64,000 nucleotides of DNA, from NCBI GenBank assembly GCA_029974985.1, contig JARKQC010000227.1, positions 88,192 to 152,191 on the forward strand, read 5' to 3'. The position numbers were made by a program, and so were the translations under genes. Source of the stretch: Bacteroidota bacterium. Its GTDB lineage: Bacteria > Bacteroidota > Ignavibacteria > Kapaibacteriales > UBA2268. Every line of letters starts with the position of its first letter. Position 1 is the first letter of the stretch. The notes under the pieces are model-generated. The model did not search any database. It saw nothing but the letters and a program-made list of their open reading frames with translations, and had not been told where the DNA came from. Below, in pieces: positions 1 through 11,397 of this stretch.

Positions 1-626
1 AATTCTTTTGCAAATCGAGTAGTAACGAATGCTTTTTCAGCAAAATTTAAAATACTTTTTTCGAGTTTAATATTATAATTTTTATGCCATATCGTTGGGA
101 AAAAGTGAAATGGATTATCAACCCAATTATCACGATAATCCACTACAAAAGGTATATCAAATTTTTGTGATAATTCTTTTGCGATTAAAAAATCAGTGAA
201 AGGTGGAGCTGTTGCAAAAATAATTTTAATATCATTTTCACGGATAATTTCTTCTGCTTTATGTAAAGCAAATTTCTTCCAATGAATTTTTGTATCTGGC
301 TGTTTAAAAATTTGAAGAAAAAAACGTCCAATTTTCTGAGTTAAATAATTAGGAAATTTTTTTGATTTTTTTCTAATTTTTGAAATATTTTTTTTCTCAG
401 CTGCACGGTAGATTTTTACATTTAAAGGTATATCTTTTAGTAATGATTCATCATAAGCATAATAAGAGTTGTTACTATCACAAGTAAGAACTACCGGATT
501 CCAAGCGAAATCCGGTAGATATTTTACAAATTTGAGTGTACGCTGTACACCGCTTAATCCCATAGGCGGAAAATAATATGCAATAATAAGAACATTGAAT
601 TTATTTTCGTCAGCAATATTTTCCAA
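1..626 (-). CDS. Glycosyltransferase family 4 (GT-B), runs off the left window edge
   Basis: Not in ORF track. Manual translation from TTG at 626: MENIADENKFNVLIIAYYFPPMGLSGVQRTLKFVKYLPDFAWNPVVLT...IFATAPPFT...VVDYRDNW, typical GT4 N-terminal motifs; open to position 1. Confidence 0.85.
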   Translation of the reverse strand, partial: MENIADENKFNVLIIAYYFPPMGLSGVQRTLKFVKYLPDFAWNPVVLTCDSNNSYYAYDESLLKDIPLNVKIYRAAEKKNISKIRKKSKKFPNYLTQKIGRFFLQIFKQPDTKIHWKKFALHKAEEIIRENDIKIIFATAPPFTDFLIAKELSQKFDIPFVVDYRDNWVDNPFHFFPTIWHKNYNIKLEKSILNFAEKAFVTTRFAKE

Positions 627-649
627 TTTACTAAAATCCCAGCAGATAT

Positions 650-1777
650 TTATATTATTGCAATCTGTTCAGGAGCGGGAAGTAGCATTTCGCCACCATT
701 TTTTCCGATAAGAAATACATCTTCGGCTCTCATACCAAATTTATTTGAAATATAAATTCCCGGTTCGACGCCTACAACACATTCTTCTGGAATAATTTGG
801 TCTGTAATTTCGTAAGAAATAATTGGTTGCTCGACTGCTCTTAAGCCTATACCATGCCCGAAACCGTGTTTAAAGAAAGCACCAAAACCGTCATTTTTAA
901 TAGAGTTACGGCAAATTGTATCAAGGTGTTTGCCAAACATACCTGGTCGAACTTCATTACGAGCTAATGAGCGAGCTTTTAAAAGTGATTCATACATTGT
1001 TTTTTGCTCTTTTGTAACGCGTCCCATAGCAATTGTACGAGAGATTGCAGTTCCGTAACCATTAACTTTGCAACCAAAATCAATAATTACTAATTCTTGC
1101 TTTTTGATTTTTTTATGCGAGGGATTACCATTTACTTGAGAACATCTTGGTCCAGAGACAACGATTATATCTTGTGGGTCGCCTTCTGAGCCAGCTAAAC
1201 GACATTGATGAGCAATTTCATTTGCAATTTCGATTTCAGTCATACCCACTTTAATGATATTCAGCATTTTATTATATACTTTATCAGCAAGCTCGAGAGA
1301 TGTTTTAATATGTATTAATTCATCGGGATCTTTGGGTTGAGTAAATCTTGAAACAAGGTTATCCGCGGGTTTAAACTTAATAGGTCGAATTTTATTTCTA
1401 ATTTCGACTGCTTCGGAATAAGCCATAAAATCAGCTTCGAAACTTATGCCTTGAACTCCTTTAAAAACATTATTTTCTACTAAATATATCCAAGGGTCGC
1501 GAGTAATATGTGTATATAAATTCGGTAAAGGATATAATTCATCTTGAATTTGCTCTTCATAAGTATCATCTGTTACAAAATGAAGTTCATCTTCCATAAT
1601 AAAAAATAGAGCATTAGAACCAGAAAAATTTGTCAAATATCGGATATTTGGCATAAAACTGACAGCTATAGCCTCTGCTTTTTGCTCTTCAAAAGAAAAT
1701 CTAAGCTGTTCGAGTCTTCTATCAACAATCTTCGGATATTTATTTACATTTTCTCGAGTAATTATTTTTTTTGCCAT
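650..1777 (-). CDS. M24B Xaa-Pro aminopeptidase-like protein (Creatinase_N + M24) with substituted active-site residues
   Basis: NIRYLTNFSGS, IDFG, HGFGHGIG, VEPGIY, RAED motifs; but SDITRT appears as TAISRT and VHE as AVE. Confidence 0.85.
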   Translation of the reverse strand: MAKKIITRENVNKYPKIVDRRLEQLRFSFEEQKAEAIAVSFMPNIRYLTNFSGSNALFFIMEDELHFVTDDTYEEQIQDELYPLPNLYTHITRDPWIYLVENNVFKGVQGISFEADFMAYSEAVEIRNKIRPIKFKPADNLVSRFTQPKDPDELIHIKTSLELADKVYNKMLNIIKVGMTEIEIANEIAHQCRLAGSEGDPQDIIVVSGPRCSQVNGNPSHKKIKKQELVIIDFGCKVNGYGTAISRTIAMGRVTKEQKTMYESLLKARSLARNEVRPGMFGKHLDTICRNSIKNDGFGAFFKHGFGHGIGLRAVEQPIISYEITDQIIPEECVVGVEPGIYISNKFGMRAEDVFLIGKNGGEMLLPAPEQIAII

Positions 1778-1798
1778 AGTGTTTATGCCATAAATTTA

Positions 1799-3265
1799 TT
1801 ATACAAAATAGTTTGGAGATTCTTTGGTAATAGAAACATTATGTGGATGCGATTCACGCAATCCCGCATTTGATATTCTATTAAATTTCGCATTTTCTTT
1901 CATCTCATCAATATTTTTGCAACCGCAATAGCCCATTGCAGAACGCAAACCGCCAATAAGCTGATATATAGTATCACTTACAGAGCCTTTAAATGGTACA
2001 CGTCCTTCGATGCCTTCGGGTACAAATTTATTAAGTTCATCTTCTACATCTTGGAAATATCTATCGGCAGAGCCTTGGCTCATTGCTCCGAGTGAACCCA
2101 TACCACGATATATTTTATATGCACGACGTTCATAAATAATTTTTTCACCGGGGCTTTCTTCGTGTCCAGCAAGCATATTTCCAAACATAGCAGAATCAGC
2201 ACCTGCGGCAATAGCTTTAGCAAGGTCGCCTGTTTGTTTTATTCCACCATCAGCAATTATTGGAATTTCATATTCTTTTGCAATTTCAGCAACATTCATA
2301 ATAGCTGTTAATTGTGGAACTCCCACTCCAGCAACTATTCTTGTTGTACAAATTGAACCCGGTCCAATGCCAATTTTCAACCCATCAGCTCCGTTATCAA
2401 TTAAAGCTTTTGCCGCATTTGTTGTTGCAATATTACCACCAATTACTTGTAATGAAGTGTATTTTTCTTTAATTTTTGAAACCATTTTTAAAACACCAGA
2501 AGAATGACCATGTGCAGTATCTACAAAAATAGCGTCAACTCCTTTTTCAATCAGTGCGGCAACCCGCTCTAATGTATCAGATGAAACTCCGACGGCGGCG
2601 GCAACTCGTAAGCGTCCCGTTTCGTCTTTACAAGCATTTGGAAATTGTTTTTTCTTTTGAATATCTTTAAAAGTTATCAAACCGTGAAGAGTATTAAATT
2701 CATCAACAACAGGTAATTTTTCGATTCTTTCTTTTTGAAGCACTAATTCGGCATCTTCTAAAGTTGTACCAACTGGTAAAGTAATTAAATTTTCTGTTGT
2801 CATTATTTCGATTAATTTCTGGCTTAAATCTGGTTTAAATCTCAAATCTCTATTTGTTACAATTCCAATTAACTTTCTATTTTCATCTATAATTGGAATT
2901 CCAGATATATGATATTTAGCCATAAGATTCAGGGCGTCAGCAACATTTTTATCACTTGTCAAAGTTATAGGATTACGTATCATACCGCTTTCTGAGCGTT
3001 TTACTCTATCAATATGCTCGGCTTGTTTTTCTATTGTAAGATTTTTATGGATAACCCCAATGCCCCCAGCTCTTGCAATTGCAATTGCCATATTTGCTTC
3101 GGTTACTGTATCCATTGCCGCACTTAAAATGGGGATATTTAACTGAATATTTTTAGTTAAACGTGTTGTAATATTAGTTTCTCTTGGTAATACTTCTGAA
3201 AATGCTGGAATTAATAATACATCATCATAAGTTATTCCTTCATAGAGAATTTTATTATTTTTCAT
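1799..3265 (-). CDS. guaB: IMP dehydrogenase with CBS pair
   Basis: GIGPGSICTTR catalytic Cys loop, IADGG, YRGMGS, PEGIEG. Confidence 0.98.
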   Translation of the reverse strand: MKNNKILYEGITYDDVLLIPAFSEVLPRETNITTRLTKNIQLNIPILSAAMDTVTEANMAIAIARAGGIGVIHKNLTIEKQAEHIDRVKRSESGMIRNPITLTSDKNVADALNLMAKYHISGIPIIDENRKLIGIVTNRDLRFKPDLSQKLIEIMTTENLITLPVGTTLEDAELVLQKERIEKLPVVDEFNTLHGLITFKDIQKKKQFPNACKDETGRLRVAAAVGVSSDTLERVAALIEKGVDAIFVDTAHGHSSGVLKMVSKIKEKYTSLQVIGGNIATTNAAKALIDNGADGLKIGIGPGSICTTRIVAGVGVPQLTAIMNVAEIAKEYEIPIIADGGIKQTGDLAKAIAAGADSAMFGNMLAGHEESPGEKIIYERRAYKIYRGMGSLGAMSQGSADRYFQDVEDELNKFVPEGIEGRVPFKGSVSDTIYQLIGGLRSAMGYCGCKNIDEMKENAKFNRISNAGLRESHPHNVSITKESPNYFV

Positions 3266-3458
3266 AATCCCGTTTCGTTATAACTTTATAAAAAAAATCA
3301 CAATTATTTATGTTTTCACAATTATAGTAATATTTGAAGAATAAAATATAATTATTGGTAATTGTTGCTTAAAAAAATAAAAAGCTAACAAAAAGTTTTC
3401 TAAAAAAACATTAATAGCAGTAAAGAAAAAAATACTTTCTAAAAATTTCACTTAATTA

Positions 3459-3878
3459 TTAGTTTTTGCTCATCAAATTTGATACTTTCAATTTAGCTTG
3501 TTCATATCCAAGTTTATCAATCAAAATTTGTTTTTCAGAATCAGATTTTGTCAAATTGATTTCATTTTTTAAATTATCAATTGTAGCAATTACTTGATTT
3601 GCTTTTATACTTTGCGAATCAACAGCTTGCTCAACGAGGATAGATACTACATTTTGTTTTACTTCGATAAAGCCGCTATTTGTAGCATAGAATAATTCTT
3701 TATTATTTGTTAATTTAATTTTTATAATTCCATATTCTAATGATGATACAATTGGAGCGTGATTATACAAAACCTCGAAAGGAGACAAAGATCCCGGTAC
3801 ATTTACAGATATAGCGTCGCCAGAAAAGACGACGCTTTGTGGAGTAATTATTTCAATTTTTAAATTTTTTTCTGCCAT
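3459..3878 (-). CDS. atpC: F1 ATP synthase epsilon subunit (likely start MAEKN at 3878)
   Basis: LKIEIITPQ..VPG..FEVLYNHAPIVSSL..GFIEV; directly downstream of atpD. Confidence 0.93.
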   Translation of the reverse strand: MAEKNLKIEIITPQSVVFSGDAISVNVPGSLSPFEVLYNHAPIVSSLEYGIIKIKLTNNKELFYATNSGFIEVKQNVVSILVEQAVDSQSIKANQVIATIDNLKNEINLTKSDSEKQILIDKLGYEQAKLKVSNLMSKN

Positions 3879-3889
3879 TTTATCTATCT

Positions 3890-5338
<1,449 letters not shown>

Positions 5339-5366
5339 TCAAAAAAGTATGTTTTTTTTAAGATTA

Positions 5367-5398
5367 CAAAAATAAAGAATTTTTATTGAACATTCAAA
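5367..5398 (-). promoter_or_regulatory. Bacteroidota-type housekeeping promoter for atpDC
   Basis: Minus strand TTTG-N20-TATTTTTG matches the -33/-7 consensus TTTG-N19-21-TAnnTTTG. Confidence 0.65.
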
Positions 5399-5745
5399 CT
5401 TATGTATCAATAAAACAATAATTACTTTGAATTTATCAAAATAATTAATCATAAAAATTTTCTATAAATTATTATTGATTAAATACCCTTTGTAAAATAT
5501 CTAATCTTGTAAATTATTAACTATTTTGGTGTGGTTATTTAAGGTGATGTGTTTTTCTATACATAGTGAAATATTTATGTGTTTATTATTTTTTGATTCT
5601 TCGCTAAATCTAATAATGATTTTAAAGAATGTTAAGTTATAAATTTTCATACGACAAACTATCAATTAGCAACTATTTGGATTCTTCATAAAAGCTCAGA
5701 ATAAAATAGTTTTTTACATTTGTGACAAAATTTTAAATAATAAAT

Positions 5746-6507
5746 TTATCGAATTACTATTCTTTTTCGGATATATTTTTCTTTACCTATTCGAACTTCT
5801 GCTATATAATCGCCTGCTGGCATTAAGCGACCGTTTGAATCACGCCCATTCCAAGTTAAAGAATAATTTCCGGGACTTTGTCTGCCGTTAAAAAGTGTAG
5901 CAACGACAACAGAGCTAACCGAATAAACCACAATTTCAACATCAGCATTATAATCAAGTGAATATGAAATTTTAGGTGATAAATCCTCGCTTAAACCAAA
6001 AAAATTTGCAATAGCTTCTGTTGTAATTTTTAATCCAAATTGTTGTAATGTCATCACAAATGGCACTTCGAAAGCATTTTGTATCATTGTTTGGCGGTGC
6101 GCTATTTCAACGGGTGAAGGATTGTAAAAACTCGATGGTATATTTCTAATATTTTGAATTGCAATTTGCCAAGGTGTGCCTTCTTGTATGCGTTTTTCAA
6201 AATTCCATACTTCATCAGAATAAATTAAATTATTTTGCAATATGACATTTACGGGTAAATTTAGACGGATAATTTGATAAAATGCACTATCTTGATATGG
6301 TAAATAATTAAACTCACTTTTAGGTAATTCGGTTTCTTGATATTGATTATTATTAGATGACTCTTTCATTAATTGAATAGGAGTTTTAGTTGGGGTTTTC
6401 TTTAATATAGTTCGAACGCCTCCAGTATCAAGATTTGTGTAAGCACTCAAATTTATAAAATTAAAGAATAAAAAGAATAATATTATTTTAAAAGTAATGT
6501 TTATCAT
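5746..6507 (-). CDS. Secreted protein with C-terminal FlgD-Ig/T9SS-like sorting domain
   Basis: Signal peptide; C-terminus VATLFNGRQSPGNYSLTWNGRDSNGRLMPAGDYIAEV. Confidence 0.75.
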   Translation of the reverse strand: MINITFKIILFFLFFNFINLSAYTNLDTGGVRTILKKTPTKTPIQLMKESSNNNQYQETELPKSEFNYLPYQDSAFYQIIRLNLPVNVILQNNLIYSDEVWNFEKRIQEGTPWQIAIQNIRNIPSSFYNPSPVEIAHRQTMIQNAFEVPFVMTLQQFGLKITTEAIANFFGLSEDLSPKISYSLDYNADVEIVVYSVSSVVVATLFNGRQSPGNYSLTWNGRDSNGRLMPAGDYIAEVRIGKEKYIRKRIVIR

Positions 6508-6630
6508 CTAATTTTGTAGCTTTATTTTTTTTTAAATAATTATACTAAAATAATTAATTTTATCTAAACTTTAAATAAAATTGTAATATATTAAATTTTA
6601 CAAATATATTTATTAATAATAAAAACAAAT

Positions 6631-6667
6631 AAAAAAAACCGATATTGAATTATTACAATATCGGTTT
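6631..6667 (-). terminator. Rho-independent terminator after the S1-domain gene
   Basis: AAACCGATATTG-8nt-CAATATCGGTTT stem followed by a T-tract on the minus strand. Confidence 0.8.
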
Positions 6668-6690
6668 AAAATCAAAATAATTTTAAAAAA

Positions 6691-8169
6691 TTAATTTTTA
6701 AGTAAATTCTCTTTCATTGCATCAGATAATAAATCTTGTAAAGTAAATGTTACTGAATCGCTTGATGTTGATGGTATATTAGCATTATCTTTATGATAGT
6801 GCTGTCCAGCATTTTCTGTTTTTTGTTTTTCCTTAGGTTTAAATTGTGGTTTTTCCTCATTAGCTGGAACAACAATAAGTGATTCTTTTTCAATATCAAT
6901 ATTATCTATTATAACTTCTATATTATCACCCGGATTATTCAATCCTTTTGGTAAAAATCTCATTTTACTGCGTGGCATAAAGCCATCTACTTCACCATTT
7001 ATATTAATGACTGCGCCTTGGTCCATTAAATATTTAATAGTCCCATTAACTACAGTTTTAGGCAGATATTTTTCTGCTAACGCTGTCCAAGGATTTTCAC
7101 TAAGTCTTTTTAAACTCAAAGCAATAGTTTTTTTATTTTCATTAGAAGCAATTACAGCAAATTCCATTTCTTGGTCTGGTGAAAATACTTCTTTTGGATT
7201 TTTTACTCTCATTGTCCATGATATTTCGCTTGTTCTGCATAGCCCATCAACCCCCGGCTTGATTTCAACATAAGCACCAAAATCAGTGATACGTCTAACG
7301 ATACCTTTTACTACCGAGCCGCTTTGAAATTCAGAGGCAATACCTTTCCAAGGTGATTCTTCGAGTTCTTTTGTGCTTAAGCCAATGCGTTTATTCTCTT
7401 TATTTACTTCAACTATTACAGCTTTTACAATTTGTCCTTTTTTAAAAGTTTGCTGTAAATCTTCAACTCTTTTATTTGATAATCTCGAAACGTGAACTAA
7501 TCCTTCTACTCCATAAACATCAATAAATATACCGAAAGAGGCTATTGATGTTATTGGTCCTTCGATAGTTTCACCTACTTTTAAGGACTCCCAATATTTA
7601 TCTTCTAAAATTTGTTTACGGCTTACAATAACAGTTTTTCGTTTAGTAACATCTTCTTGTAATTCGTGAATATGTACTTCGATTTTTTTACCAATTGATT
7701 CTTGCATAGATTGTTCAGTTGGATTACGTTTTAAAGCAAAATGAGAAGCAGGTAAAAAGAGTGGCATTTCTTCATAGAAACATCTAAGCCCACCTTTTAT
7801 TCTTTCTTTTACAGAAACCTCGATAATTTCATTATTTTCTTTAACAGCTTTTAATTTTTCAAAAATTGCATCAAATTTCGGATTAATAAATTCTTTTGGT
7901 TTGCTTGAGCTTTCTTTTGCTTTTTTATTCTCGTCATTTGTAACTTCTTCTACTTTTATAGCTTCACTCGTAGTATTTTCCATTTGCTCGGGTGCTGAGA
8001 TATTTTCTGTCGGAAGAGTTTCTATTTTGCTTTCGCTACTCTCCTCGACTTTTATCTCTACTTGCTCAGTAACTACTTCTTCTTGCTTTGTAGTAGTTTC
8101 TTCGTTATTAATGATTTCATTAGATTCCTGTGAAGGATTTAATTCATTTTCTGCTAAATTATCAGCCAT
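6691..8169 (-). CDS. Ribosomal protein S1-like protein: acidic N-terminal extension plus ~4 S1 domains (likely start MADN at 8169)
   Basis: S1 motifs FLPASH, FGIFIDV..VEGLVHVS, FGAYVEIKPGVDGL, VDGFMPRS; ~95-aa E/T/N-rich N-terminus. Confidence 0.85.
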   Translation of the reverse strand: MADNLAENELNPSQESNEIINNEETTTKQEEVVTEQVEIKVEESSESKIETLPTENISAPEQMENTTSEAIKVEEVTNDENKKAKESSSKPKEFINPKFDAIFEKLKAVKENNEIIEVSVKERIKGGLRCFYEEMPLFLPASHFALKRNPTEQSMQESIGKKIEVHIHELQEDVTKRKTVIVSRKQILEDKYWESLKVGETIEGPITSIASFGIFIDVYGVEGLVHVSRLSNKRVEDLQQTFKKGQIVKAVIVEVNKENKRIGLSTKELEESPWKGIASEFQSGSVVKGIVRRITDFGAYVEIKPGVDGLCRTSEISWTMRVKNPKEVFSPDQEMEFAVIASNENKKTIALSLKRLSENPWTALAEKYLPKTVVNGTIKYLMDQGAVININGEVDGFMPRSKMRFLPKGLNNPGDNIEVIIDNIDIEKESLIVVPANEEKPQFKPKEKQKTENAGQHYHKDNANIPSTSSDSVTFTLQDLLSDAMKENLLKN

Positions 8170-8364
8170 TATTTGCACCCATATAAAAAAATACTAAACA
8201 ATTTTTGAATAAATTTTTATTCAAAAATAACTATAAAAAAATTAGATAAAATATAGATTACAAAGATAACTATTTATTAGCAAATATTATTAAAAAATAA
8301 ATTATTTTTTTGAAAAAAATTATATTTTCTTAAAAATTAATCAATATTTTATATGTCAAAATAT

Positions 8365-8402
8365 AAAAAAAATCCCTGCTTGTTACATTAAGTAGGGATT
8401 TG
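8365..8402 (-). terminator. Rho-independent terminator after glyA
   Basis: AATCCCTGCTT..AAGTAGGGATT hairpin next to an A-tract (T-tract on minus). Confidence 0.75.
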
Positions 8403-8423
8403 TTATAAATAATCTATTTTTTT

Positions 8424-9719
8424 TTACATTTTTTGATGTAATGGGAATTTTGATGTATAACGTTTTACTTCTTCGGTAATTTCAGTATGCAATGCTTTAT
8501 TATCAATGTTGCTAATTACTCTATCTATTAATTCAGCTACATAACGGAAATCATCTTCGCGGAAACCACGTGTAGTCATTGCTGGTGTTCCAAGTCGAAT
8601 TCCAGAAGTTACTAATGGCGGCTGATTATCATTTGGTACAGCATTTTTATTACAAGTAATGCCCGACTCATCGAGTGCATTTTCTGCTTGTTTGCCCGTT
8701 ACTCCTTTGTTACGTAAATCTACAAGCATTAAATGATTGTCTGTTCCACCGCTTACTAAATTATAACCTTTGTCTATCAAAGCTTGTGCAAAAGCTTTTG
8801 CATTTTTAATTACTTGACTTGTATATCTATCGAATTCATCTGATAAACATTCATTAAATGCAACTGCTTTTGCGGCAATAACGTGCATTAACGGTCCGCC
8901 TTGAACGCCCGGCATAACTGTCGAATCAATAACTTCACTAATTTTCTTTACTCTTCCAGATTTTGGTGCTACAATTCCAAATGGATTATCATAATCTTTA
9001 TGAGTCATTATAATACCACCACGAGGACCGCGTAAAGTTTTATGTGTCGTAGAGGCAACTACATCACAATATGGCAATGGGTTAGTTAATTTACCTTTTG
9101 CTATCAATCCCGCTGGATGAGCAATATCAGCAAATAAAAATGCACCTATTGAATCAGCAATTTGACGGAATTTTGCAAAATCTATATCACGTGGATATGC
9201 CGAAGCACCAACAGTAATTAATTTTGGTTTATGCTTTTTTGCAAGTTCAGCGGCTTTATCATAATCTATTCGTCCAGTTTCTGGGTCGAGTTCATAAGGT
9301 ATAAAATTATAAAGTTTACCCGAGAAGTTTACTGGTGAGCCGTGAGTTAAGTGCCCACCGTGTGCTAAACTCAAGCCCATAACAGTGTCGCCCGGACTAA
9401 TAAATGTAAAATATACTCCAAGATTAGCATTACTACCGCTATGTGGCTGAACGTTTACATATTCAGCTCCAAATAATTTTTTCAATCTATCACGAGCTAT
9501 ATCCTCAGCGACGTCCACCCATTCGCAACCGCCATAATAACGTTTGCCTGGATAGCCTTCTGCATATTTATTTGTTAATACAGAGCCTTGTGCTTGCATA
9601 ACTACATCGGAAGTGAAATTTTCGCTTGCGATAAGTTCAATTTTTTCGTGTTGACGGGAATTTTCTTTTACTAATGCATCAAATAATTCGGGATCATTAG
9701 TTTTTACTAAATCATACAT
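8424..9719 (-). CDS. glyA: Serine hydroxymethyltransferase
   Basis: [33 protein letters not shown]; TATTTTTG -7 box at 9779-9786. Confidence 0.99.
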   Translation of the reverse strand: MYDLVKTNDPELFDALVKENSRQHEKIELIASENFTSDVVMQAQGSVLTNKYAEGYPGKRYYGGCEWVDVAEDIARDRLKKLFGAEYVNVQPHSGSNANLGVYFTFISPGDTVMGLSLAHGGHLTHGSPVNFSGKLYNFIPYELDPETGRIDYDKAAELAKKHKPKLITVGASAYPRDIDFAKFRQIADSIGAFLFADIAHPAGLIAKGKLTNPLPYCDVVASTTHKTLRGPRGGIIMTHKDYDNPFGIVAPKSGRVKKISEVIDSTVMPGVQGGPLMHVIAAKAVAFNECLSDEFDRYTSQVIKNAKAFAQALIDKGYNLVSGGTDNHLMLVDLRNKGVTGKQAENALDESGITCNKNAVPNDNQPPLVTSGIRLGTPAMTTRGFREDDFRYVAELIDRVISNIDNKALHTEITEEVKRYTSKFPLHQKM

Positions 9720-9839
9720 AATTATTACCTATTATTAAAGTCGAAAAATCTAAATTAATTTAGTTTAATCAAATTTAACAAAAATAAGATTATTTATTGA
9801 TAGAAAAAAATCTATTAGTAAATATCAATAGAAAATTGT

Positions 9840-10889
9840 TTATAATTCTAATTGTAATGAAATATGGTGTGTAATTTTATTATTATAAAGATAATCACTC
9901 GAAACAGAATAATCAATATTCAAATTAAATTCAGTTTCTAAATCTGGTCTGAATGAAATCCCCGCACCCCAATTATTCATTGGTAATATTTCGGCTTTAC
10001 CTTCATTATCTCCATACAAAGAAATTCCACCTCTAAAAGCAATTAGCTCAATAGGGATAATTTCTGTTGCAAAAATTATTGATGGAGTATTGTCGTATTG
10101 ATTCATAACTGCATCTAATCCGATCATTATATATCTTGATGAGGGAATTATAATTGTATCTATTTTTCCAGTGATGTCGGGTCTTTCGAATCTTGTTTCT
10201 TCGTTTAATCCAAATTCAGTTGCGATACCCGTTCTAATAGTATAGGGTATTTTTTCGTGAATTTTTGATGGAGTATTCCATTTTATATCGCCACCAATAT
10301 TATTTATTGCTAAACCAAAAGTAAACATATCAAGTACATTTAATTTTGTACCAAGATCGAATGTTATTCCATTAGCCGAAATATTAGCTCCATTGAGAGC
10401 GTTATTAATATATTTAACTCCAACTCCCATACTTAAAAATTCTAAACGATAGGATAATGCTAAAACTCCAAGTAATTGATTGTTATTTACATCATTAATT
10501 GGGTCGCCAAATTTATTTCTGCTTGTAAACTCGCCAGAATAGAAATTATTGATTCCAATACCTAAGCCAATAGAATGTAAAATTTGTTGTGAATAAGCGA
10601 GTACAGCTTGCGTTCTACCAAGCCCCAAACTACTTACTGTTGAATTAAACGTAGGAAATTCGCCCATAAAAGAGGCGCCAGAAGGGTTATAAAAAACTCC
10701 CGCAGGGTCGTTAGACAATGCAGAATAAGCTCCAGCGAAAGAAACTGGTCTTGCTCCAACATTTCTCGATAGCCAAGCTTCGGCATATCCACCGTCAGAA
10801 AATTGTGCCATAATATACTGTTGCGGAATAATAACCACAATACTTGCTAATATTATTCTTAGCATAAAATATGAGTAAGACTTATTCAA
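9840..10889 (-). CDS. PorV/PorQ-family (FadL-like) outer-membrane beta-barrel
   Basis: GARPVSFAGAYSALSNDPAGVFYNPSG signature, alternating beta-strand pattern, signal peptide. Confidence 0.8.
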   Translation of the reverse strand: MNKSYSYFMLRIILASIVVIIPQQYIMAQFSDGGYAEAWLSRNVGARPVSFAGAYSALSNDPAGVFYNPSGASFMGEFPTFNSTVSSLGLGRTQAVLAYSQQILHSIGLGIGINNFYSGEFTSRNKFGDPINDVNNNQLLGVLALSYRLEFLSMGVGVKYINNALNGANISANGITFDLGTKLNVLDMFTFGLAINNIGGDIKWNTPSKIHEKIPYTIRTGIATEFGLNEETRFERPDITGKIDTIIIPSSRYIMIGLDAVMNQYDNTPSIIFATEIIPIELIAFRGGISLYGDNEGKAEILPMNNWGAGISFRPDLETEFNLNIDYSVSSDYLYNNKITHHISLQLEL

Positions 10890-10891
10890 AG

Positions 10892-11350
10892 CTACCTCGA
10901 AATAATAAACTTCTCCGAACTTTTAAAGTTTTTTCCCTGCATTATGCAAATATATATTCCATTAGGCAAATTGAAAGTTTTGGAATAAGTCTCTTCCACG
11001 TTTGATGAAGATGTCCCTTTAAAGACTTCTAAAACTTCTTTACCTAACATATTATACACACTAATTGCAATCTCCTGCTGTTTAAAAACTTGATAAATCT
11101 GAATATTTAGTTCTGAATTAGTGTACCAGATTTTTATAATTTTATTCGTGGTAATACTATCAAGCTCTATGCTATTCAATTTCAAATTAGGTTTTGCAAT
11201 TTTTGTGCCATTTAAAGAAGTTTTCTTATTATTAAAATTTGGCTCGTTTAAATTAGGAATAGTAGTAATAGAAAAAAGGGTATTTAGATTTATAATTATA
11301 AAAATAATTATAAATAAAAAAAATATAATATTTTGTGAAATTGATTTCAT
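10892..11350 (-). CDS. Small protein consisting mostly of a T9SS type-A sorting domain
   Basis: Signal peptide; ISVYNMLGKEV..LPNGIYIC..KFIISR. Confidence 0.75.
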   Translation of the reverse strand: MKSISQNIIFFLFIIIFIIINLNTLFSITTIPNLNEPNFNNKKTSLNGTKIAKPNLKLNSIELDSITTNKIIKIWYTNSELNIQIYQVFKQQEIAISVYNMLGKEVLEVFKGTSSSNVEETYSKTFNLPNGIYICIMQGKNFKSSEKFIISR

Positions 11351-11397
11351 ATATCAAAAATACGAAATTATCAAATATTATACAATATTAAAAATAA

